DNA from: Candidatus Thorarchaeota archaeon
Lineage (GTDB): Archaea; Asgardarchaeota; Thorarchaeia; Thorarchaeales; Thorarchaeaceae
DNA length: 64,000 nt
Direction: 5' to 3'
Assembly (NCBI GenBank): GCA_019057475.1
Contig: DXJO01000001.1
Coordinates: forward strand, 1 to 64,000
This document shows positions 28,036 through 35,570 of this stretch, one piece after another. Under the pieces are notes generated by a model. The model made no database searches and was not told the origin of the DNA. It saw only the letters and a list, made by a program, of their open reading frames with translations. Position 1 is the first letter of the stretch, and every line of letters starts with the position of its first letter. The position numbers were made by a program, and so were the translations under genes.

Positions 28036-28884
28036 ATGAGCGATTTCTATCCGGTTACTCCGATTGTGGTCATAACTAACACTAGCTACGCTGCTCAAGC
28101 TGGTGTTCTAGGCGAGAAGTGGGCTGTTCGAGTCATCAGGGGCCATAAGATTATCGCTGAGAAGCCAATTAACGAACTCGTACTGGACAGCATAGTTGGC
28201 ATGATATACGGCCACATTAGAATAGAAGGTCTTGGTAGGCACGCTGTGGCGCAAACCGCAGGGCGTCTTATGCAGTTCTCTCGCAGATATCAGCAGTCCG
28301 GCGTATGTCCGAATTATGCGGACCCTAAGCTGGTCTATGGCGATCAAGTGGAAACATCCCCCACAGCATATGCAGAGCCTGAAACAACTGCAGCAGAACC
28401 CAAGATAGAGGTCACGCCTGTGGAGGAGCTGCCGAAAATACCGGCCTTTAAGATAGGCAAGGCCTGGACTGCTACTATCGAGGCGCACTCCGTCATGATT
28501 ACGCGAATGGCAGCGTATGGGGCATCCTTGCCTGAGGGGCATCTTGAATTGATGTTCGAGCAAGCCGCAAGTGACTTGGTTAATTTTTGGTTTGCTCAGG
28601 GTGAAGCCTCTGGACTGATTTCCCGATTCGCTGCAATGATACAAAGCTGCTCTAGAGAGAGCACTATGTCCGAGTCAACAAAAAGCAAGATCATCATGGA
28701 AACTGGGAACTGCGCACTGTTGGAGAGTGCTGGAAACCTCAATAAAGTTGGGATCACTTTTCCGTCAGGATTCCCCTGCAAGTTTCACGAGGAAGTCGCA
28801 AAGCAGGTTTCTGCAAGGACCAAGACTAGGATATCCATTAACACAACTTCTAGCGGATGCACGGTCACAATCGCCCCCTCTTGA
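28036..28884 (+). CDS. Two-domain hypothetical protein with Cys-containing C-terminal V4R/MetOD-like domain
   Basis: 282 aa; Pro/Thr/Glu linker; C-terminal IIMETGNC...FPCKFHE...SGCTVTI pattern. Confidence 0.55.
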   Translation: MSDFYPVTPIVVITNTSYAAQAGVLGEKWAVRVIRGHKIIAEKPINELVLDSIVGMIYGHIRIEGLGRHAVAQTAGRLMQFSRRYQQSGVCPNYADPKLVYGDQVETSPTAYAEPETTAAEPKIEVTPVEELPKIPAFKIGKAWTATIEAHSVMITRMAAYGASLPEGHLELMFEQAASDLVNFWFAQGEASGLISRFAAMIQSCSRESTMSESTKSKIIMETGNCALLESAGNLNKVGITFPSGFPCKFHEEVAKQVSARTKTRISINTTSSGCTVTIAPS

Positions 28885-28987
28885 ATCAGAGTTGGTTCTA
28901 ACCCAATAATCTTAAAACAATCCGACTGAATCAATTATCATAGACGAGACCGCGCGGCTGTTGTCTCGATTTGGGAGAATAAACAAC

Positions 28988-29269
28988 ATGTCATATCTTA
29001 CGTGGCGTGAACACATACGCTCAGGACCGGTGTGTCTTGGAGTAATTGTCGTGATTGTGGGTGCAGTTATTGCTTTGCTACCCTCCATCAATGAAGCATA
29101 TGATTTCCTAGCACCTAATACTGTCCTTGCAGGCGGGTTAATCGCCGTTCTTGGACTTGTCTGCATAGTGTGCGGTTTCTTCTTCACCAAGAAGAAGCGC
29201 GACTCAGTGCTCACACCAGTAGACACGCGTGTAGATGATACACCCCCCCCACCTCCACCGCCAGACTAA
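28988..29269 (+). CDS. Small two-TM membrane protein with C-terminal polyproline (P7)
   Basis: Two hydrophobic helices, KKKR stop-transfer, tail VDDTPPPPPPPD encoded with mixed Pro codons. Confidence 0.75.
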   Translation: MSYLTWREHIRSGPVCLGVIVVIVGAVIALLPSINEAYDFLAPNTVLAGGLIAVLGLVCIVCGFFFTKKKRDSVLTPVDTRVDDTPPPPPPPD

Positions 29270-29501
29270 ACGACTCCTGAAACCTGAATTGTTCAGCCGG
29301 GGGCCCCCCGGAACATCAGAAAGCATGTTCCATGGGCTCCTGACATTCTTCTTCTTGACTAGTAGCCCTGATGTACAGTCCTCCCGAGGTGAGTTCAGCG
29401 TGCAAATCGCCAGCTTCAATCAGTGGTGGTTGACCCCGCAAACGCTTATACGTAACAAAGTCAGGTCAAGATAGAGAGGACCAAAGGACGGTACCAGTTC
29501 T

Positions 29502-29792
29502 ATGATAATCCTTGAATATCGTGATAGTAAATTCCACGAAGCATCTGGACCATCAGTGTCAGGTATTTCCTTGAAGGTTGATGAAGCCCAGAAGAAACTC
29601 ATACTGATTGTCCCAGCTGGGGTCAGTATGATTCAACGCAGGGCAGCTGAGCGAAACGCTCGTGGCATTTCGAAGATTGGATTCCAAACCAAGACCAAGG
29701 GTGGTGTTGGTCGCGGGTTTGAGATGATGTTCGAAGGCCATGGCGGAGGATTACCAGATCGGCTTAAGCATTCTCCCAGAGAGGTTTACTAA
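29502..29792 (+). CDS. Small protein, possibly a divergent single gelsolin-like domain
   Basis: LKVDEAQKKLILIVPAGVSMIQRRAAERNARGI aligns by eye with CVVDDSSKSIYLWKGSQANIRRKFIGARVATNL of the gelsolin ORF; TATA-like CTTATA at about 29445. Confidence 0.55.
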   Translation: MIILEYRDSKFHEASGPSVSGISLKVDEAQKKLILIVPAGVSMIQRRAAERNARGISKIGFQTKTKGGVGRGFEMMFEGHGGGLPDRLKHSPREVY

Positions 29793-29885
29793 CTCTACCA
29801 TACTCAGCGGCCGATAGACATCTGTCTGACGCAGCGAGAAGAAAGAGTCAGTAGTCATAGGTACATAGGAGGAGTGTGAACACCC

Positions 29886-31664
29886 ATGTCGAATGATGAT
29901 ATCAAGCGCATAATTGAAGAAGCTACCAAGGAAACCCTAAGGGAGTCCTTTACCGAAGCAGGCCAAAAATACATCAAAGCTGCTGGAGCCTTGGAACAGA
30001 GAGGCGATTTTTCAGGAGCGGAAAAGCTCTATCAACAGGCGGCTGCTACATTCTCCAAGGCAGCAGAAAAATACAGGGCATCAAAGAGCTTCAAGAATGC
30101 TGCACTGAACATGACTTCCGCTGGAGACATGTTGTCGGATATTGGTCAATCAATCCAGGCCATAGCTGCATATTCGCAGGCAGCAGATGATCTCTATGCT
30201 GCTGCGAGCGAGCATCTGATGTGGGGCGAAGATACCGAAACCAAGAAGGGCGCCACCTTGGCGATGGCGGGCTCCATGATCTATATCATGATAGGCAAAG
30301 AAGCCGATGGTTTCCATCGGGCTAGGACATTTTTGGCTGAGAATGCCTCCAAGATGATGTTCCCGGCTGTCGTTCGCCTTAGCCAGATTCCTCAGATGCT
30401 GGAGAGTGCAATCCAGTCCGTGGATGTTAATGCGTTTGCAGATGCAGAAAATGCAGTTGTTACAGAGCTGAAAACTGCGCTGGCCAGTTCTGGTGCTCAG
30501 GAATTCTCGAAGTACGTCGACAAGGGTCTCGACATGGTTAGGGAGATACTCCGTGGGAATCTCAAGGTTCCAAAGATCATCACGCAACTGGACCTTCCAG
30601 TTGACATGACATTTGTTGAACAGTTTCCACTTCGCGTCATCATCCAGAATGTTGGTGACGGAGCTGCCACAAAACTGAGAGCAGAGTGGCACATTGATGA
30701 AGGCCTCGACCACATATCAGGTGATAAAGCCACGACCATATCTTCACTGCCACCTGGCGAATCAGCCACATTTGAAATCAATGCGAAATCCTCTCAAGAA
30801 CTCATGGGCGTCAAAGAGTACTCGATTCTGGTTCGTGGCTCATACATGGACGAGCTCAATACGGAGTACACGCTTCAAGCCGGTCCTGGAACTCTAGTTC
30901 TGAAAGATTTTAAAATGAGTGAGAAGATTGTACGCGATTTGGATGTGACCGAAGCCAGGGTGGACATTCTGGGTTCGACTATCGATGAGTCTCCTCTCGA
31001 CAAGGCTCCGATGCATAGAATCGTCGGAAGCCTCGCAAACTCTCTGAAACAAGTTCGGGCGGACGTTGATGAGAAGGATCTTGATACAGCGAAGGCGCGA
31101 CTCGGAGTCGTTAATCAGATGGTAGATGCGATGGACGCAATCCTCGGAGATGAAGTCATGATGGAGGCGCTGGCTAAGACTCGGAACTACGAGAAGAAGG
31201 TCTATACGAAGTCCGTTCTAGGACCCATTTGCGATAGTGTAATTTCAGCAATCGCTGAACAGGAGCGTAAGATGGAATCTGAGGCTTCTTCGATAAAGGC
31301 CGAATCGACCATTGAAGACGAGAAGAAGAAGCATATCGTGAACACACTCACAGAACTCAAGGTGAAGACTTCTGAAATTATCAGAGACCTCGATACGATT
31401 TACTCTCAGATGCCAAGTGAAGCGACCACAGATATGCCTGATGAAGCTGCAAGAAGAACCAGACTCAGGAGCGCGCTGGAATCAGCGAGGACCAAGACAG
31501 TCGGTGTGGAATCAAATCTTGGCAATGTTGTGAAAGATGAAGCCTTTGCAGTGGGACCGACCTCAGATGTCCCAACCAAGGCCGAGCTCACGTTGGTTGT
31601 TCTGAGGTCTCTCAGGAACAGCATAACTCAGATGATGGATGAGAAGAAAGCCGGGCTAGAGTAG
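29886..31664 (+). CDS. Alpha-SNAP/TPR-like solenoid plus Ig-like (CARDB/BatD-like) domain plus coiled-coil protein
   Basis: Repeated AxxxYxxAA helices; LRVIIQNVGDGAA...LPPGESATFEI beta-sandwich; long heptad-rich C-terminus; GGAGG RBS. Confidence 0.7.
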   Translation: MSNDDIKRIIEEATKETLRESFTEAGQKYIKAAGALEQRGDFSGAEKLYQQAAATFSKAAEKYRASKSFKNAALNMTSAGDMLSDIGQSIQAIAAYSQAADDLYAAASEHLMWGEDTETKKGATLAMAGSMIYIMIGKEADGFHRARTFLAENASKMMFPAVVRLSQIPQMLESAIQSVDVNAFADAENAVVTELKTALASSGAQEFSKYVDKGLDMVREILRGNLKVPKIITQLDLPVDMTFVEQFPLRVIIQNVGDGAATKLRAEWHIDEGLDHISGDKATTISSLPPGESATFEINAKSSQELMGVKEYSILVRGSYMDELNTEYTLQAGPGTLVLKDFKMSEKIVRDLDVTEARVDILGSTIDESPLDKAPMHRIVGSLANSLKQVRADVDEKDLDTAKARLGVVNQMVDAMDAILGDEVMMEALAKTRNYEKKVYTKSVLGPICDSVISAIAEQERKMESEASSIKAESTIEDEKKKHIVNTLTELKVKTSEIIRDLDTIYSQMPSEATTDMPDEAARRTRLRSALESARTKTVGVESNLGNVVKDEAFAVGPTSDVPTKAELTLVVLRSLRNSITQMMDEKKAGLE

Positions 31665-31672
31665 TTCACGCT

Positions 31673-32872
31673 CTACCTTTTTTCCATGAATGCTTCCAGC
31701 CTGTCCATTGCCTCTGTAATAATCTCGGGAGGCGGAAGGTAAACACTCCTGAAATGACTAGCTCCGTATATTGGGCAGAAACCTGAACCTGGCACAAAAA
31801 CCACCCCTGTTTCGTTTAGGATATCAAGGACGAATTCCATGTCGTTCTTCCATCTGTTCCTGAGATCGATTTTAGGCATGATATAGAAAGCAGCATCAGG
31901 TATTGTTGTAGAGATTGAATCAATGGAGTTGAGCCGAGCGGCAATGAGGTCTCGACGGCCTCTCAATTTTCGCATTAATCCCTTAAGATGACTTCCGTCG
32001 CTTCTGAGAGCCGCAGCAGTAGCCATCTGAGCAGGAGCATTTGCACAGATTCTGATTCTGGCTTGCCGGACCATTGCATCTCTCAAAGGCTCCAACTCTC
32101 CGTCATTATCGTGGAAATACACGTATCCAACTCTCCAGCCAGGTGCAAGATACACCTTGCTCACACCATTGAATCCAACAACTGGGACATCACCAGCGGC
32201 TTTGACCATTGGGGTCTGATCCTTGTCGAAAGTAAGCTGATCATAGATTTCATCCGAGATGAGAGGAAGATTGTGCTCTCCTGCAATGCTAGCTATCTCT
32301 TTCAGCACCTTGTGGTCATAGACGGCACCGGCCGGGTTGTTGGGGTTTATGACAAGTATCCCAACTGTCTTCTCATTGATCTTGCTCCTCAGGTCATCCA
32401 CGTCAGGGTTCCAGCCCTCCTCCTCAACCGTCCGATAAGTGATGGGAACACCTCCGAAGTAGCCCATGTATGCTATGTATGGGGGATATGCAGGGCCGGG
32501 GATTAAGAACTCTGAGCCATTGCTCACCAAGGCTCCGGCAAGGAACTGAATTGCCTCGGAAACTCCGTTTGTAACGAGCACCCTTGACGGGTCGATGTCA
32601 ATGCCATTCACTCTCTTCTCTTTTTCAGCGGCTGCTTGTTTGAGTTCATCGAGCCCCTCTGAAGGGGCATAGCCATTAGTTCCATCTCGAAGAGCCTTGT
32701 AGAACGCGTCAATCATGAACTCGGGAGTCTTCCAGTCGTACTTGATTGGGTCTCCAATATTCAAGTAGAGCGCAGTTTGACGCTTTGCTTTCTCATATCT
32801 CCTCGCAGCCACAACGATGTCGCGAATGGCATACCTGAGATTTGCTGCTCGGTCTGTAATTGCAAGATTCAT
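31673..32872 (-). CDS. PLP-dependent class I/II aminotransferase (AlaA/alanine aminotransferase-like)
   Basis: LNIGDP, INPNNPAG, ISDEIY, GVSKVYLAPGWRVG. Confidence 0.93.
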   Translation of the reverse strand: MNLAITDRAANLRYAIRDIVVAARRYEKAKRQTALYLNIGDPIKYDWKTPEFMIDAFYKALRDGTNGYAPSEGLDELKQAAAEKEKRVNGIDIDPSRVLVTNGVSEAIQFLAGALVSNGSEFLIPGPAYPPYIAYMGYFGGVPITYRTVEEEGWNPDVDDLRSKINEKTVGILVINPNNPAGAVYDHKVLKEIASIAGEHNLPLISDEIYDQLTFDKDQTPMVKAAGDVPVVGFNGVSKVYLAPGWRVGYVYFHDNDGELEPLRDAMVRQARIRICANAPAQMATAAALRSDGSHLKGLMRKLRGRRDLIAARLNSIDSISTTIPDAAFYIMPKIDLRNRWKNDMEFVLDILNETGVVFVPGSGFCPIYGASHFRSVYLPPPEIITEAMDRLEAFMEKR

Positions 32873-32927
32873 GAGTGAGCCCTGTGTGGGCCACAAATTG
32901 AGGTGCGTATTATTGTTTATGGAACCA

Positions 32928-33317
32928 CTAATTGCTCAGCAGTGTACCAACTTCGCGAGCGTATTTCCTCATCTGGGTTACTGCTAACCCCATTGAGGTG
33001 AGGTCCTTTGCAGCGCCCATGAGGAGAAAGTTACCTGCATGAGAGAGAACAACAAACCCTCCCTTTCCACGGATCACGACCTCGTAAAGCTCGTCAAGGC
33101 CCAGCTTGTCGGCAGCCATCTCTCCTGTCATGAGCAAAGCAGCACTTACGGCTGCCATCAAGTCCGGATCTGCGTCTGATTCTTCTGTTGCAAAATAGGC
33201 TAACTTGACTCCCTGTTTGCTCACTACGGCAATGGCATCGAGGTCGGCGTAATTAGTCAGGCCCATTAGAAGCTCTACAAGCTCCCTTTCCTTCTGGGGG
33301 TCGATCTGTGATGACAT
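32928..33317 (-). CDS. Roadblock/LC7 domain protein
   Basis: AIAVVSKQG...DLMAAVSAALL..GE.AA..LG...VVIRGKGGFVVL...SMGL pattern. Confidence 0.9.
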   Translation of the reverse strand: MSSQIDPQKERELVELLMGLTNYADLDAIAVVSKQGVKLAYFATEESDADPDLMAAVSAALLMTGEMAADKLGLDELYEVVIRGKGGFVVLSHAGNFLLMGAAKDLTSMGLAVTQMRKYAREVGTLLSN

Positions 33318-33349
33318 TCTCAATACTCCTTGTGTTTACGGGTCGATGC

Positions 33350-34258
33350 TCATTTTGCAACGAGCTTGCTCTTCTTCTTGCCCGCTTTCGACTTGGTCTT
33401 CGCGGCCTCTGGCTTCTTATCTTCGACCTCAGTACGGAAGAATGTGATGAGGTCACTAAGCCTTTCCTTCATCTCTGCCTTGATTGGACTTAGGATAGCG
33501 TCAGGTGTGCCTTTCAAAAGCTCAATGCCCAACACCTTTCCGTTCTTCACAATCACACGTGGAATGAAACCCTCTGCCATAAATGTGCCTTCAGGCGGGT
33601 CCGCCACTTTCTCAAAACGTCTCTCTACCTTCTCCTGTCCGAAAACTGAGATTTTGTGTTCCGCTACCGTGAACAATGTGTTGTACACGATTAGTAGCTC
33701 TCTCTGATAACCTTCCGGAGGTGCAACAGTTTCAAGCTCCTTTATCATCTCATTAATCTGAGCTTGATTGATTGATGATGCGGCAGCACTTGTTGGCTGT
33801 GATCTAGCCGCTGCGGCTGGGACCGGAGGGGGTCTTGTTGGTTTTAGCGCAGGTGGTTTGGGGGGTGGTGCAGTTGGAGTCGTTGTGGTTTCTCCTGCTG
33901 AGGGTTGAGTCCTTTCCACCTTTGGCGTAGGAGGTCTAGGTGGAGGTGCCTTGTCTCCTGGCTTTAGCACCTTTATTGCAGCAGTTGTGCCGTCAAGGGC
34001 AGTAAAGAATGTAGGGGGTTCTTCGCCTTCATCCACTGGGCGCACCTTGAAGTTGAAACCATACTCAGACCTGAGGTTTGTGGCAACTCTCGCGCCGATG
34101 AACTTCCTCCTGATATTCGCCTGACTTCCTTTCCACAGGTAAATGCTCTTCGACGAATCATCCACGACGCATAACACTTTTGTAGAATCTAAGGTCTCTT
34201 TTGTGAGCTCAAGTTCTTGTAGAGTGCCATCCTCGAAGACTTCGTAGCCTGTAACCAT
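33350..34258 (-). CDS. Gelsolin-domain protein with proline-rich linker and C-terminal domain (Asgard one-domain gelsolin type)
   Basis: LDSTKVLCVVDD...IYLWKGSQANIRRKFIGAR...VDEGEEPPTF gelsolin signature; PPEGYQRELLIV C-terminal domain. Confidence 0.85.
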   Translation of the reverse strand: MVTGYEVFEDGTLQELELTKETLDSTKVLCVVDDSSKSIYLWKGSQANIRRKFIGARVATNLRSEYGFNFKVRPVDEGEEPPTFFTALDGTTAAIKVLKPGDKAPPPRPPTPKVERTQPSAGETTTTPTAPPPKPPALKPTRPPPVPAAAARSQPTSAAASSINQAQINEMIKELETVAPPEGYQRELLIVYNTLFTVAEHKISVFGQEKVERRFEKVADPPEGTFMAEGFIPRVIVKNGKVLGIELLKGTPDAILSPIKAEMKERLSDLITFFRTEVEDKKPEAAKTKSKAGKKKSKLVAK

Positions 34259-34273
34259 GATGGATCACGACGC

Positions 34274-34356
34274 TGCTATTTTTCCCCTGACCGCCAGGAT
34301 GCATCTTCTCTCGCGAGGGTGAAGACTTGTAGCGGAGTGAGTCAGGAGTCTCAGCA
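34274..34356 (-). ncRNA. Structured 5' leader (long irregular hairpin with GCGA tetraloop) upstream of the gelsolin gene
   Basis: Nested pairings UGCUG/UAGCA, CUCCUGAC/GUCAGGGG, CGCUA/UGGCG, UCUU/AAGA, CUC-GCGA-GAG. Confidence 0.5.
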
Positions 34357-34505
34357 TTTTGCATATCACAGTTTGTGGTATAATACTGTTGTGTGTTTGT
34401 GTGCAGTAAATTCCGGTGCCCGGGGTTGATTCAATAGCACAGCTGATTTCCCAAGATACCTTCTATGCAGCGAATGAAGCCTTATGAATCACATCAACGA
34501 AATCG

Positions 34506-35570
34506 CTAGTCAGTCTTGAGAAGTGATGCCGAGCTTGGTTCGAAAGTAAACCAGACTCCCGAACTCTCGTTCTCTTTCAGCATCCGTACCAGGTCCTCGT
34601 CTTGTGTTATCGAGGTGACTTTGCGGTCTCCAAATTGCAGAATGATTTTATGCATCCCTCCTAATGGGATGATTGAAACCACTTCGACAGCGAGCGCATT
34701 TGGTCGCTCTCCAAGGCCAATTCTGATATCCTCCGGCTTAACAGAGAAGACAACATCCGAACCACTCTGGCTAGTTCCGCTCACCTGGAATCTCCAACCA
34801 TTGGCGTGGATTAGAATCTCGCCTTCCGTGCTCTTCACAACTTCTCCTGCGAAAATGTTTCCTCCTCCGACAAAGCGTGCAACAAACTCATTCTTCGGGC
34901 GATTGTACAGCTCCTCTGGAGCCCCGACCTGGCTAACAACTCCATTGTCAAGTACAGCTACCCTATCCGAGATAGCAAAGGCTTCGGATTGACTGTGTGT
35001 CACATAGAGGGTGGTAACGCCAAGTTCTTTCTGTATTTTTCTAATCTCGAACTGCAGGGTTTCTCGCAATTGGGGATCTAGAGAAGAGAGCGGCTCGTCT
35101 AGGAGAAGCAGTTGTGGCTCCTTGGCCAGCGCTCGAGCAAGTGCAACGCGCTGTGCCTCTCCACCGCTTATTTCACGGGTTCTTCGGAAGAGGAGATTAC
35201 GGATGCCAAGTAGGTCTGACAACGCTTCAACGCGATTGATTGTCTTCTCCCTACTCCACCCAGAAACCTCCAATCCAAAAGCTATGTTCTGGTATACTGA
35301 CATGTGGGGGAAAAGCGCAACTGATTGGAGCACCATCCCAATTCCTCTATCACGCGGCGGGACATCTAGTATGTTCGCGCCATCAAATGTGAGCGTTCCA
35401 TGATTCGGGGTTATGAACCCCGCAACCATCCTGAGTGTGGTAGTCTTTCCGGAGCCGCTCGGGCCCAAAAGAGCCAGTAGCTCGCCATCTTCAAGCGTCA
35501 AATCAATGGGTCCAATGTGCGTACCATCTGCAAACTCCCTTGCCAATCCACTTAGTACAACACGAACCAT
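34506..35570 (-). CDS. thiQ: ABC transporter ATP-binding subunit (thiamine/Fe3+ family)
   Basis: GPSGSGKT, ISGGEAQR, LLLDEP, YVTH; operon context. Confidence 0.85.
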   Translation of the reverse strand: MVRVVLSGLAREFADGTHIGPIDLTLEDGELLALLGPSGSGKTTTLRMVAGFITPNHGTLTFDGANILDVPPRDRGIGMVLQSVALFPHMSVYQNIAFGLEVSGWSREKTINRVEALSDLLGIRNLLFRRTREISGGEAQRVALARALAKEPQLLLLDEPLSSLDPQLRETLQFEIRKIQKELGVTTLYVTHSQSEAFAISDRVAVLDNGVVSQVGAPEELYNRPKNEFVARFVGGGNIFAGEVVKSTEGEILIHANGWRFQVSGTSQSGSDVVFSVKPEDIRIGLGERPNALAVEVVSIIPLGGMHKIILQFGDRKVTSITQDEDLVRMLKENESSGVWFTFEPSSASLLKTD

